Below, piece after piece: positions 49,174 through 59,727 of a stretch of DNA of 64,000 nt. Both the position numbers and the translations under genes were made by a program. The notes beneath the pieces were generated by a model. That model saw nothing but the letters and a program-made list of their open reading frames with translations, ran no database searches and had not been told where the DNA came from. Source of the DNA: an uncultured Actinomycetota bacterium. GTDB taxonomy: Bacteria; Actinomycetota; Actinomycetes; JACCUZ01. Within the stretch, counting starts at the first letter, position 1. Every line of letters starts with the position of its first letter. The stretch spans positions 3,497,676 through 3,561,675 of the forward strand of contig OY970120.1 of assembly GCA_963705885.1 (NCBI GenBank), in the 5' to 3' direction.

Positions 49174-50145
49174 TCAGGCCGGACGGGTGAGGACGACCTT
49201 GCCGAAGACGTCGCCCCCGGCCAGCCGGCGGAAGCCCTCGGCCACGTCCTCGAGCGGCAGCACCGAGTCGACAACCGGCCGCAGACCGGTGACGGACATC
49301 AGCCGCACCAGCCTCTCCAGCTCGTCGCGCGTGCCCATGGTCGACCCGACGACCCGCAGCTGCAGGAAGAAGACACGGCGAAGGTCGGTCACGGCCTCGT
49401 GTCCCCCGGTCGCGCCGCTGACGACGACGGTGCCGCCCTGCGTGAGCGACCTCAGGCTGTGCTCCCAGGTCGCCGCACCAACCGTCTCCATCACGGCGTC
49501 GACCCGCTCGGGCAGCCGGGCGCCGGACTCGAACGCCTGGTCGGCTCCCAGCTCGAGCGACCTCGCGCGCTTGGACTCGTCACGGCTGGTCACCCACATC
49601 CGAACCCCCGCCGCCTTGCCGAGGGCCACCAGCGCCGTGGCCACCCCGCCTCCCGCACCCTGCACCAGGACGGTCCACCCGGGCCGCGCTCCGGCCTGGG
49701 TGAAGAGCATGCGGTACGCCGTGAGCCACGCAGTCGGGAGACAGGACGCCTCCTCGAAGCTCAGCTCGGCAGGCTTGGGCACGAGGTTGCGGCGCGGGAC
49801 CTGGACCCGGTCGGCCAGCGTGCCGTCGTACCTCTCGGAGAGCAGCGACCGCCGGGGGTCCAGCGTCTCGTCGCCGCGGAAGTCGGGGTCGCCGACGACC
49901 GCGTGGACGACCACCTCGTTGCCGTCCTCGTCGATGCCTGCACCGTCGCAGCCCAGAACCATCGGCAGGCGGTCGGCCGTGAGGCCCACACCACGCAGGC
50001 TCCACAGGTCGTGGTGGTTCAGCGACGCCGCCCGCAGGCGGACCGTGGCCCACCCCTCACGCGGATGCGGGTCCGGGTGGTCGCCGACCTGCAGACCGGA
50101 CAGCGGGTCGTCGGCGTCGAGACGGACGGCGGTCGCGGCGAGCAT
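49174..50145 (-). CDS. zinc-type alcohol dehydrogenase / quinone oxidoreductase (MDR superfamily)
   Basis: 323 aa; GxGxxG-like VLVQGAGGGVATALVAL Rossmann fold plus an N-terminal GroES-like domain. Confidence 0.75.
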   Translation of the reverse strand: MLAATAVRLDADDPLSGLQVGDHPDPHPREGWATVRLRAASLNHHDLWSLRGVGLTADRLPMVLGCDGAGIDEDGNEVVVHAVVGDPDFRGDETLDPRRSLLSERYDGTLADRVQVPRRNLVPKPAELSFEEASCLPTAWLTAYRMLFTQAGARPGWTVLVQGAGGGVATALVALGKAAGVRMWVTSRDESKRARSLELGADQAFESGARLPERVDAVMETVGAATWEHSLRSLTQGGTVVVSGATGGHEAVTDLRRVFFLQLRVVGSTMGTRDELERLVRLMSVTGLRPVVDSVLPLEDVAEGFRRLAGGDVFGKVVLTRPA

Positions 50146-50156
50146 GGCCGGACCCT

Positions 50157-50226
50157 ACCCAGCCCCCCGATCGACCCAGCCCCCGAGTCGACCCAGCCCC
50201 CGATCGACCCAGCCGCCGAGTCGACC
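50157..50226. repeat. four tandem 16-17-nt repeats (CCCAGCCCCCGA[T/G][T/C]CGA) ending in the CACGTG-containing palindrome CCACGTGG, located 12 nt upstream of the ADH start codon (5' UTR/promoter region)
   Basis: Tandem periodicity read directly from the sequence. Confidence 0.6.
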
Positions 50227-50287
50227 ACGTGGGGTAGGCGGGGGCGGGCGACACGAGGCGGCGCGGCCTGCTGTCGCCCGCCCAAGC

Positions 50288-50370
50288 CTGTTGCGGCCCC
50301 TGTTGCGGCCCCGGTGGCGCCCGGTTGCGGCCCCTGTTGCGGTGCCTGGCGCGATGCCCGGTGCGACGTG
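50288..50370. repeat. about seven degenerate tandem 12-nt repeats (CCTGTTGCGGCC-like)
   Basis: Periodic CC(T/G)GTTGCGG(C/T)(C/G)C units; intergenic between malic enzyme and the ADH gene. Confidence 0.55.
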
Positions 50371-50381
50371 TGAGGCCGGGG

Positions 50382-51584
<1,203 letters not shown>

Positions 51585-51721
51585 CTCCGGCGTCCTCCTC
51601 GCTCGACTGGTGCGCCGGACGGCGTACGGGATGGCGTACGGCGAACGGCTTGCGATGCGGGGGTTGCCCGAAGGGGGCAGTGTGGCACACGAGGGCGCGG
51701 CGAACTGCGCCGCACCGAGCG

Positions 51722-52621
51722 TCAGGCGATGGCGAGCTCGATGTCGGCGTGGCGTCGCCCCGGCACCGCCGAGGTCACGCGGGCCTCGTCGAGCACCGTG
51801 TCGAGCGGCAGGGTCATGCAGCGGATCGAGCCGCCGCCCTTGTGCAGCTCGCTCACGTCGACGGTCTCGACGGCGAAGCCCCACGTCTCGAGCTGCCGGG
51901 CGACGCGCGGCGGCGTGCCCCGCGGCATCACGACGACGTCACCGACGACGACCGAGTTGGCGCAGAAGGTGAACGCCTCCCGCTCGTCGATGACCAGCGG
52001 CTGCGGGACGAGCCCCGCCACGGTCGCCCGGCCGGCCGCGTCCCATGCACTCGGCGCGACGATGGCGCGGGTCTCGTCGAGCGGGCAGAAGCTCAGGTCC
52101 AGGTGGTAGAGGGACGGGTGCACGACCCCGACCGACGCGACGCGTACGCCCAGCTCGCGGGAGAGCACACCGTGGGCGGCCCGGTCGGTGCGCGGTCCGT
52201 CCGCGACGAGCAGCGAGTCGCCGTAGAGGAACGCGTCGCCCGCCTCGAACGCGCCGACGCCGTAGTCCGCGAGGCGCGTCGTGCGCAGCCCGGCCTCGCC
52301 GAACCACCACTCCGCGGCCTCCGCCTCCGGCCGGCGCTGGTCGTAGCGGAAGTTGGTCACCGCGACGTGGTCGCCGTCGACGAGCCCGTAGTTCATGGCG
52401 TAGACCATGTCGGGCGTGCCCGGCTGCTGGGCGATGCGCTCGACGGTCGCCCCCGCCCGCTCGATCGTCGCCGCGAGGTGGTCCCACTGCGCCAGCGCAC
52501 GCTCGGGGTCGACGGGCGAGTCGACGTCCATCCAGGGGTTGATCGCGTAGTCGACCCGGAAGTGCTCGGGACGGCACATCAGGTAGCGCCGGCCCCACGA
52601 CAGCGGACGGATCTCGGTCAC
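51722..52621 (-). CDS. amidinotransferase-superfamily protein (DDAH / arginine deiminase-like)
   Basis: GTG start (VTEIRPLSWGRRYLMCRPEHFRVDYAINPWMD) preceded by AGGTGAGGAG RBS. C-terminal catalytic Cys in GGGSIRCMTLPL. Confidence 0.7.
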   Translation of the reverse strand: MTEIRPLSWGRRYLMCRPEHFRVDYAINPWMDVDSPVDPERALAQWDHLAATIERAGATVERIAQQPGTPDMVYAMNYGLVDGDHVAVTNFRYDQRRPEAEAAEWWFGEAGLRTTRLADYGVGAFEAGDAFLYGDSLLVADGPRTDRAAHGVLSRELGVRVASVGVVHPSLYHLDLSFCPLDETRAIVAPSAWDAAGRATVAGLVPQPLVIDEREAFTFCANSVVVGDVVVMPRGTPPRVARQLETWGFAVETVDVSELHKGGGSIRCMTLPLDTVLDEARVTSAVPGRRHADIELAIA

Positions 52622-52640
52622 GACGCTCCTCACCTCGATT

Positions 52641-52675
52641 GCCGGATTGTCTGACAAAAATTGTCGGACAACCGG
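52641..52675. promoter_or_regulatory. tandem pair of GntR-consensus palindromes TTGTCTGACAA-aaa-TTGTCGGACAA flanked by GCCGG/CCGG, in the divergent region between the amidinotransferase gene and the GntR regulator gene
   Basis: Each 11-mer is a perfect T.GT...AC.A palindrome; location fits an autoregulated divergent operator. Confidence 0.6.
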
Positions 52676-52709
52676 AGTGTGAGGCCTGGGCTCCGCTAGT
52701 GTCAAGCGC

Positions 52710-53363
52710 GTGGTCGACGTGCCCGTGATCGACCGGTCGAGCACCACCGACCGTGTGGCCGGCGCGCTGCGCGATCTGCTCTTCGCCGGCGACCTCTCCC
52801 CTGGCGAGCCGCTGCGCGAGGTGACCCTCGCCGAGAGCTTCTCGGTGGCGCGGTCCACCGTCCGCGAGGCGCTGCAGGTCCTCACGACCGAGGGGCTGGT
52901 CACCCGCCAGCCGAACAAGGGCGTCACCGTCACCGAGCTGACCGAGCGCGACATCGCGGAGATCTTCGAGGCTCGGCTGGTGCTCGAGAGCGCGGGAGTC
53001 CGGGCAGGGGCCGCGGGCGCCGACCTGGCACCGGCCGCGACGGCCCTGGCCACCTATGCCGAGGCCGCCGTCGCCGACGACGCCGTCGTCGCGACCCAGT
53101 CACACCTCGAGTTCCACACCTCGTTGGTCGCACTGCTCGGCAACTCCCGGCTCGTCGCGGGCGCCGACGGGCTCACCGCCGACCTGCGGCTGGCCCTGGC
53201 CTCCGTGGAGCGGCAGCGCCGCAACGCGCGCCAGCAGGTGGCCGACCACCGCCGCCTGCTGACCCTCATGCGCTCCGGCGACGAGTCGGGCGCGATCGCC
53301 GAGCTCGAGGCGCACCTCGCCGCGGCGCGGGTCTCGGTCACCGAGCGCGTGCACGGCGCCTGA
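52710..53363 (+). CDS. GntR-family transcriptional regulator (FadR/FCD C-terminal domain)
   Basis: N-terminal wHTH (LAESFSVARSTVREALQVLTTEGLV) plus an all-helical FCD-like C-domain. Confidence 0.8.
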   Translation: MVDVPVIDRSSTTDRVAGALRDLLFAGDLSPGEPLREVTLAESFSVARSTVREALQVLTTEGLVTRQPNKGVTVTELTERDIAEIFEARLVLESAGVRAGAAGADLAPAATALATYAEAAVADDAVVATQSHLEFHTSLVALLGNSRLVAGADGLTADLRLALASVERQRRNARQQVADHRRLLTLMRSGDESGAIAELEAHLAAARVSVTERVHGA

Positions 53364-53667
53364 GCGGCCACAGCCGCGCGACCACGGTGGCGAGCACGTC
53401 GGCCGGGGGCACCGGGCCGGCCGACCACGAGTCGACCCCCTCGACCGGGTTGTCGCGCTGGACCCACCACCCGTCCTGGTCGCGGTGGACGGCCCGCTTC
53501 ACCGACAGCGGCCGTCCGGGCCAGCGCACGACGACCATCCGGCCGGGCACGGGCCGCGCCCCCCAGCGGACGAGCAGGTGGTCGCCGTCGTGCAGCGTCG
53601 GCTCCATGGACCGCCCCCGGACGACGACCCGACCGAGCGCGAACCGCTGCACTGTGACACCCCTCAC
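53338..53667 (-). CDS. sodX: nickel-type superoxide dismutase maturation protease SodX (S26 signal-peptidase-like)
   Basis: MEPTLHDGDHLLVRW...VKRAV is an S26-like Ser/Lys protease. Divergent from sodN. Start is either GTG at 53667 or the internal ATG at 53607. 3' end overlaps the GntR gene by 26 nt (convergent). Confidence 0.65.
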   Translation of the reverse strand: MRGVTVQRFALGRVVVRGRSMEPTLHDGDHLLVRWGARPVPGRMVVVRWPGRPLSVKRAVHRDQDGWWVQRDNPVEGVDSWSAGPVPPADVLATVVARLWPLRRRARAR

Positions 53668-53760
53668 TCACCGTCCGGGCGCGCATGGGTCCCCTGGGGA
53701 GGGGTACCGGCCCGGAGTAGTGTCCTCCGGAGACTCAGCGTTCGAGGAAGGGACCGTCCA

Positions 53761-54162
53761 GTGCTGTCGCGTCTGTTCACCCCGAAGACCGTCGTCCACG
53801 CCCACTGCGACCTGCCGTGCGGCGTCTACGACCCGGCCCAGGCCCGCATCGAGGCCGAGTCGGTCAAGATGATCATCCAGAAGGCCGGCGAGAACGACGA
53901 CGCGGACTTCCGCACCCGGGCGGTCCTCATCAAGGAGCAGCGGGCCGAGCTGGTCAAGCACCACCTGTGGGTCCTGTGGACCGACTACTTCAAGCCGCCG
54001 CACTTCGAGAAGTACCCCGAGCTGCACCAGCTCTTCAACGAGGCGACCAAGCTGGCCGGGGCCGCCGGCGCCAAGGGCTCGATGGACGCCGACGCCGCCC
54101 AGAAGCTGCTCGACAAGATCGCCGAGATCGACAAGATCTTCTGGGAGACCAAGCAGGCCTGA
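53761..54162 (+). CDS. sodN: nickel-containing superoxide dismutase precursor
   Basis: GTG start VLSRLFTPKTVVHA followed by the Ni-hook HCDLPCGVYDPA. GAGGAAGGGA RBS. Confidence 0.9.
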   Translation: MLSRLFTPKTVVHAHCDLPCGVYDPAQARIEAESVKMIIQKAGENDDADFRTRAVLIKEQRAELVKHHLWVLWTDYFKPPHFEKYPELHQLFNEATKLAGAAGAKGSMDADAAQKLLDKIAEIDKIFWETKQA

Positions 54163-54193
54163 CCCGTCGCTCGTACCAACCGGACGCCCGCCC

Positions 54194-54282
54194 GGAATGA
54201 TCACGCTCGCGTGATCGTTGACGCCCGACCGCGACGAATTCGGCGCGTTCGGTGACAACTGATCACGCGAGCGTGATCAGTT
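54194..54282. repeat. REP-like element copy B: two hairpins of the TGATCACGC-nn-GCGTGATCA type (54194-54219 and 54257-54282) flanking a degenerate second hairpin; 3' of sodN and upstream of bioD
   Basis: B1 GGAATGATCACGCTCGCGTGATCGTT and B2 AACTGATCACGCGAGCGTGATCAGTT; B1 plus following 40 nt aligns with copy A at 45310. Confidence 0.55.
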
Positions 54283-54316
54283 CGGCCCGATGGCGACACG
54301 GTGAGGAGGCGCTGAC

Positions 54317-55039
54317 GTGAGCGTGCTGGTCGTCAGCGGGACGGGCACCGGGGTCGGCAAGACGGTCGTCACCGCTGCCGTCGCCGCCCTCGCGGCGGCC
54401 CGCGGGACGGCCGTCGCGGTCGTCAAGCCCGCGCAGACCGGGGTGGGCCCCGGCGAGCCGGGCGACCTCGAGGACGTACGCCGGCTCGCGGGGGTCACCG
54501 ACCTGCACGAGCACGCCCGCTTCCCGGACCCGCTGTCCCCGGCCGCCGCGGCACGCCGCTCCGGGCTCCCCTGCGTCGACCTGCACGAGAGCGCGCGGCG
54601 GGTGCGCGAGCTCGCGCAGGACCGCGGCCTGGTGCTCGTCGAGGGCGCGGGTGGCCTCCTCGTGCGGTACGACGAGGACGGCGCGACGGTCGCGGACCTC
54701 GCCCGGGACCTGGCGGCGCCGGTGCTGGTCGTTGCGGAGCCCTCCCTGGGCACCCTCAACCACACGGCGCTGACGCTCGAGGCGATGGCCCACCGCGGGG
54801 TCGCCCTGGCCGGGCTGGTGCTCGGCTCCTGGCCGGAGCGGCCGGACCTTGCCTGCCGCAGCAACGTCCGCGACCTCCAGATGCTCGCCGCGCGCCCGCT
54901 GTCCGGCGCGCTGCGCGCCGGAGCCGGTGACCTGCCGGCCCACGAGTTCCTGCTCGCGGCCCGCGACGGGCTGGGGCCCGGGCTGGGCGGCGCCTTCGAT
55001 GCGGCAGACTTCCGCCGTGCCCACGCCACCGCAGACTGA
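54317..55039 (+). CDS. bioD: dethiobiotin synthetase
   Basis: [23 protein letters not shown]-loop; 240 aa. Confidence 0.9.
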   Translation: MSVLVVSGTGTGVGKTVVTAAVAALAAARGTAVAVVKPAQTGVGPGEPGDLEDVRRLAGVTDLHEHARFPDPLSPAAAARRSGLPCVDLHESARRVRELAQDRGLVLVEGAGGLLVRYDEDGATVADLARDLAAPVLVVAEPSLGTLNHTALTLEAMAHRGVALAGLVLGSWPERPDLACRSNVRDLQMLAARPLSGALRAGAGDLPAHEFLLAARDGLGPGLGGAFDAADFRRAHATAD

Positions 55040-56048
55040 GCCCGCCCTCGACACGATCGACATCCTCGACGTCGCCCGCGCGCAGGTCCTCGAGGGCGGC
55101 CGGGGCCTCGACGAGTCGCAGGTGCTCTCGGTCCTCGAGCTGCCCGACGATTCCCTGCCCGACCTGCTCGCCCTCGCCCACGAGGTGCGGCTGCGGTGGT
55201 GCGGCCCGGAGGTCGAGGTCGAGGGCATCGTGTCGGTCAAGACCGGCGGGTGCCCCGAGGACTGCCACTTCTGCTCGCAGTCCGGCCTGTTCTCCTCACC
55301 GGTGCGCGCGGCGTGGCTCGACATCCCCTCGCTGGTGAAGGCCGCGCAGGAGACGGCTGCCACCGGCGCCACCGAGTTCTGCATCGTGGCGGCGGTCCGT
55401 GGCCCGGACGAGCGCCTGATGGCCCAGATGCGTGAGGGGGTCGCGGCGATCCGCAAGGCTGTCGACATCAACGTGGCCGCCTCCCTCGGCATGCTCACGC
55501 AGGAGCAGGTCGACGCGCTGGCGGAGATGGGCGTGCACCGCTACAACCACAACCTCGAGACCGCCCGCTCGTACTTCCCGCAGGTCGTCACCACGCACAC
55601 CTGGGAGGAGCGCTGGTCGACGCTGTCGATGGTCCGCGACGCCGGCATGGAGGTCTGCTGCGGCGGCATCGTCGGCATGGGCGAGACGCTGCAGCAGCGG
55701 GCGGAGTTCGCCGCCCAGCTCGGCGAGCTCGGGCCGGACGAGGTGCCGCTGAACTTCCTCAACCCCCGCCCCGGCACGCCGTTCGGCGACCTGCCGGTGA
55801 TGGCGGGACCGGACGCGCTACGGACCATCGCGGCGTTCCGGCTGGCGCTGCCGCGCACGATCCTGCGATACGCCGGCGGGCGCGAGATCACCCTCGGCGA
55901 CCTCGGCACCCGTGAGGGCATGCTGGGCGGCATCAACGCTGTCATCGTCGGCAACTACCTCACGACGCTCGGCCGGTCGCCGGACGAGGACCTCGGCCTG
56001 CTCGGCGACCTCGGCATGCCGGTGAAGGCGCTCTCGCAGACCATCTGA
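54999..56048 (+). CDS. bioB: biotin synthase (radical SAM)
   Basis: [11 protein letters not shown] radical-SAM cluster motif; start uncertain (ATG 54999 or GTG 55017) and overlaps the bioD 3' end. Confidence 0.85.
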   Translation: MRQTSAVPTPPQTEPALDTIDILDVARAQVLEGGRGLDESQVLSVLELPDDSLPDLLALAHEVRLRWCGPEVEVEGIVSVKTGGCPEDCHFCSQSGLFSSPVRAAWLDIPSLVKAAQETAATGATEFCIVAAVRGPDERLMAQMREGVAAIRKAVDINVAASLGMLTQEQVDALAEMGVHRYNHNLETARSYFPQVVTTHTWEERWSTLSMVRDAGMEVCCGGIVGMGETLQQRAEFAAQLGELGPDEVPLNFLNPRPGTPFGDLPVMAGPDALRTIAAFRLALPRTILRYAGGREITLGDLGTREGMLGGINAVIVGNYLTTLGRSPDEDLGLLGDLGMPVKALSQTI

Positions 56049-56138
56049 GGCCGGTCGAGCGCGCGCAAACGGTTTCGTAACGGCACAGATCGGGATAATC
56101 TCCGGGCCGACTCGTCCCACCGGCCCCCGGAGGCACCC

Positions 56139-56399
56139 GTGACCGTGCACGAGCCCGACCGACCCGAGACGCGGCCCGACGGCGCGGTCGCCGAGGGCAC
56201 GCGGCGCGCGGAGCGCTCCGACCACAGCCACTGGAACTGGCTGCTCGTCCTCCCCCTGCTCGCGACGCTGTTCCCGCCGCTGTACAACCGGGAGAGCCCG
56301 CGGTTCTTCGACATCCCGTTCTTCTACTGGTACCAGCTGGCCGCCATCGCCATCGGCGTGACCGCAACGCTCGTCGTGTTCCGCCGGACGAGGGGCTGA
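56139..56399 (+). CDS. DUF3311-like small membrane protein associated with SSS transporters
   Basis: 86 aa, two TM helices; such small proteins commonly precede sodium:solute symporter genes. Confidence 0.5.
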   Translation: MTVHEPDRPETRPDGAVAEGTRRAERSDHSHWNWLLVLPLLATLFPPLYNRESPRFFDIPFFYWYQLAAIAIGVTATLVVFRRTRG

Positions 56400-56404
56400 G
56401 CGCG

Positions 56405-58042
56405 ATGTTCGACGACGTCGACGCGGTCGAGATGACGGTCTTCACCATCCTGTTCGTCGCCGTGAGCGTGCTGGGGTTCGTGGCCGCCCGCTGGCGCCGC
56501 GCCGACGACCTCGAGCACCTGGACGAGTGGGGCCTCGGGGGTCGCAACTTCGGCGCCTGGATCACCTGGTTCCTGCTCGGCGGCGACCTCTACACCGCCT
56601 ACACGTTCGTCGCCGTCCCGGCGCTCGTCTTCGGCGCCGGCGCGATCGGGTTCTTCGCCGTGCCCTACACGATCGTCGTCTACCCCATCGTGTTCCTCGT
56701 GCTGATCCGCCTGTGGTCGGTCTCTCACGTGCACGGGTTCGTCACCCCCGCCGACTTCGTCCGGGCCCGGCACGGGTCGTCCACGCTGGCCCTGCTCGTC
56801 GCCGTCACCGGCATCGTCGCCACGATGCCCTACATCGCGCTCCAGCTCGTCGGCATCGAGGCCGTCCTCAAGGCCATGGGCGTCACCGGCCACGTGCCGA
56901 TCATCGTGGCGTTCACGATCCTCGCGGCCTACACCTACAACTCCGGCCTGCGCGCACCCGCGCTGATCGCGTTCGTCAAGGACACGCTGATCTACCTGGT
57001 CATCATCGTCGCCGTCATCGTCATCCCCTACAAGCTCGGGGGCTGGGACGAGATCTTCGGCGCGGCGGAGGCGAAGTTCAGCGAGTCGCCCAACCCGGGT
57101 GACGGCGTGCTGCTGGCCGGACCGTCACAGCTGCAGTACGCCACGCTGGCCTTCGGGTCCGCGCTGGCTCTCTTCCTCTACCCGCACTCGGTGACCGCGG
57201 TGCTCGCGTCCCGCGACCGGAACGTCATCAAGCGCAACATGGCCGCGCTGCCCGCCTACAGCTTCATCCTCGGGCTGCTGGCGCTGCTGGGCTACATGGC
57301 CATCAAGGCCGGCGTCACCCCCATCACGGACGACGCCGGCAAGGCCGACAGCAACACGATCGTGCCTCTGCTGTTCGACCAGATGTTCCCGAGCTGGTTC
57401 GCCGGCGTCGCGTTCGCCGCGATCGGCATCGGCGCGCTCGTCCCGGCCGCCATCATGTCGATCGCCGCGGCGAACCTGTGGACCCGCAACATCTACAAGG
57501 AGTACCTCAACAAGGACGCGACGCCCAAGCAGGAGGCCCGCAGCAGCAAGCTGGCCTCGCTCGTGGTGAAGGTGGGCGCCCTGCTCGCGATCCTCGCTCT
57601 CGACCCGCAGTTCTCCATCGACCTGCAGCTCATCGGCGGCATCATCATCCTGCAGACGCTGCCGGCAGTCGCGCTGGGCCTCTACACCCGGTGGTTCCAC
57701 CGCTGGGCGCTCATCGGCGGCTGGGCCACCGGGATGCTGGTGGGCTTCCTCACGACCTACCAGATCCAGCAGAAGCTCTTCAACGCCGACGGCACCATCA
57801 CCATCGTCAAGGAGCACTTCGGCGGCTCGGGCTTCCCGCTGGAGAAGCTCGGCCTCGACACGACATGGTCCATCTACGCAGGCTTCCTCGCGCTGGTCGC
57901 CAACCTCGCGGTCTGCGCGATCGCCACGGTGGTGCTGCGTGCGATGAAGGTGCCCGACGGCGTGGACGCGACCAAGCCCGACGAGTACTTCGCCGACCAG
58001 GGTGACCCGCGGCTGCGCGACATCCCCGAGGTGGTGCACTGA
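56405..58042 (+). CDS. sodium:solute symporter (SSS family)
   Basis: 545 aa, ~13 TM helices, SSS topology and motifs (GGRNFGAWITWF...); substrate unknown. Confidence 0.8.
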   Translation: MFDDVDAVEMTVFTILFVAVSVLGFVAARWRRADDLEHLDEWGLGGRNFGAWITWFLLGGDLYTAYTFVAVPALVFGAGAIGFFAVPYTIVVYPIVFLVLIRLWSVSHVHGFVTPADFVRARHGSSTLALLVAVTGIVATMPYIALQLVGIEAVLKAMGVTGHVPIIVAFTILAAYTYNSGLRAPALIAFVKDTLIYLVIIVAVIVIPYKLGGWDEIFGAAEAKFSESPNPGDGVLLAGPSQLQYATLAFGSALALFLYPHSVTAVLASRDRNVIKRNMAALPAYSFILGLLALLGYMAIKAGVTPITDDAGKADSNTIVPLLFDQMFPSWFAGVAFAAIGIGALVPAAIMSIAAANLWTRNIYKEYLNKDATPKQEARSSKLASLVVKVGALLAILALDPQFSIDLQLIGGIIILQTLPAVALGLYTRWFHRWALIGGWATGMLVGFLTTYQIQQKLFNADGTITIVKEHFGGSGFPLEKLGLDTTWSIYAGFLALVANLAVCAIATVVLRAMKVPDGVDATKPDEYFADQGDPRLRDIPEVVH

Positions 58043-58063
58043 CGCCGATGCCGCCCGGCTAGG

Positions 58064-59719
58064 TTGCAGCCCATGGTCGAGGGGCACGGCGGCGACCATG
58101 CCGTCGCGGTTGCGCGCGCACACGGTGTCGACACGATGTTCACCCTCTCGGGCGCGCACGTCTTCCCGATGTACGACGGTGCCGTGACCGCGGACCCGCC
58201 GATGCGGATCGTCGACGTGCGGCACGAGCAGACCGCGGTGTTCGCGGCCGAGGCCACGGCCAAGCTGACCCGGCGGCCCGGCCTGGCGGTGCTGACAGCG
58301 GGGCCCGGCGTCACCAACGGCGTGAGCGCGGTGACAACCGCCCACTTCAACGGCTCGCCCGTGCTCGTGGTCGGCGGGCGCGCCCCTGCCTTCCGGTGGG
58401 GGGCGGGCAGCCTCCAGGAGCTCGACCACCCGCCGCTGCTCGCGCCCGTCACCAAGCTGGCGACGACCGTCGCGTCGGTCGAGCAGATCCCCGCCGCGTT
58501 CGACGAGGCGCTGTCGACCGCGACGGCCCCGCACCGCGGCCCGGTGTTCCTCGACGTGCCGATGGACCAGCTGTTCAGCCGGGCGGACGTCGAGCTGCCC
58601 GCACCGCCGGTGCGGGAGCGGGCAGCGCCCGACGCCGACGCGGTCGCCGAGGTCGCGCGGCTGCTCGCCGCGGCCGAGCGCCCCGTGCTCGTCCTGGGCT
58701 CCGACGTGTGGACCGACGGGGCCGAGCAGGAGGCCCGTCGCCTGGCCGAGACCGCGGGGGTGCCGGTCGTCACCAACGGCATGGGGCGCGGCATCCTCCC
58801 CGCCGGCCACCCGCTGCTCGTGACCCGGGCCCGCGGGCCCGCCTTCGGCGGCGCCGACCTGGTCGTGGTCGTCGGTGTGCCGCTGGACTTCCGCCTCGGC
58901 TTCGGGTCGTTCGGCGGCAAGGACGGCGCCGAGCCCGCGCGGGTCGTGCACCTCGCCGACTCTCCCGGGCAGGTCGCCAAGCACGTGACGCCGGCCGCCT
59001 CCGCCGCGGGCGACCTGGGCCTGCTGCTCGACGCCGTGTGCCAGGCGTGGGCCGGGTCCGCGCGCCGGGCCGCGTACGAGCCCTGGGTCCGCACCCTGCA
59101 GGAGCACGCGCGCACGGCGGTGGCGAGCGACCGCGAGCTGCTCTCGAGCGACGCCGACCCGGTGCACCCGGCGCGCGTCTACGGCGAGCTCGTGCCGCGG
59201 CTCGCCGACGACGCGGTCGTCATCGGCGACGGCGGGGACTTCGTGTCCTTCGCGGGGAAGTACGTCGAGCCGCGCGGACCGGGCGGGTGGCTCGATCCCG
59301 GGCCGTTCGGCTGCCTCGGCACCGGCCTCGGCTACGCGATCGGGGCCCGCCTCGCCCGGCCCTCGGCGCAGGTCGTGCTCCTGCTCGGCGACGGCGCGGC
59401 AGGGTTCTCGCTGATGGACGTCGACACGCTCGTGCGCCACGGCCTGCCGGTCGTGATGGTGATGGGCAACAACGGCGGCTGGGGGCTGGAGAAGCACCCG
59501 ATGCGGTTCCTCTACGGCTACGACGTCGCCGCCGACCTCGCGCCGCAGACCCGCTACGACGAGGTCGTGCGCGCCCTCGGCGGCGCGGGCGAGCTCGTGA
59601 CGCGGGCGCGGGACGTCGGCCCGGCACTGGACCGCGCCTTCGCCGCCGGCGTGCCCTACCTGGTCAACGTCGCGACCGACCCTGAGGTCGCCTACCCCCG
59701 CAGCACCAACCTGGCCTGA
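58064..59719 (+). CDS. thiamine-pyrophosphate-dependent enzyme (acetolactate synthase large-subunit-like)
   Basis: 551 aa; N-terminal TPP-PYR domain (TLSGAHVFPMYDG) and C-terminal TPP-binding GDGAAGFS...NNGGWG motif. Confidence 0.75.
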   Translation: MQPMVEGHGGDHAVAVARAHGVDTMFTLSGAHVFPMYDGAVTADPPMRIVDVRHEQTAVFAAEATAKLTRRPGLAVLTAGPGVTNGVSAVTTAHFNGSPVLVVGGRAPAFRWGAGSLQELDHPPLLAPVTKLATTVASVEQIPAAFDEALSTATAPHRGPVFLDVPMDQLFSRADVELPAPPVRERAAPDADAVAEVARLLAAAERPVLVLGSDVWTDGAEQEARRLAETAGVPVVTNGMGRGILPAGHPLLVTRARGPAFGGADLVVVVGVPLDFRLGFGSFGGKDGAEPARVVHLADSPGQVAKHVTPAASAAGDLGLLLDAVCQAWAGSARRAAYEPWVRTLQEHARTAVASDRELLSSDADPVHPARVYGELVPRLADDAVVIGDGGDFVSFAGKYVEPRGPGGWLDPGPFGCLGTGLGYAIGARLARPSAQVVLLLGDGAAGFSLMDVDTLVRHGLPVVMVMGNNGGWGLEKHPMRFLYGYDVAADLAPQTRYDEVVRALGGAGELVTRARDVGPALDRAFAAGVPYLVNVATDPEVAYPRSTNLA

Positions 59720-59727
59720 GCCGGCCC

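Noticed and set aside
54190-54316. BioQ/BirA-type biotin operator upstream of bioD
   Set aside because: The dyads here (TGATCACGC-nn-GCGTGATCA) do not match the TGAAC-N3-GTTCA-type BioQ site I recall. The same element also occurs downstream of kgd, so a REP/terminator function is more parsimonious; kept only as an alternative in the findings.
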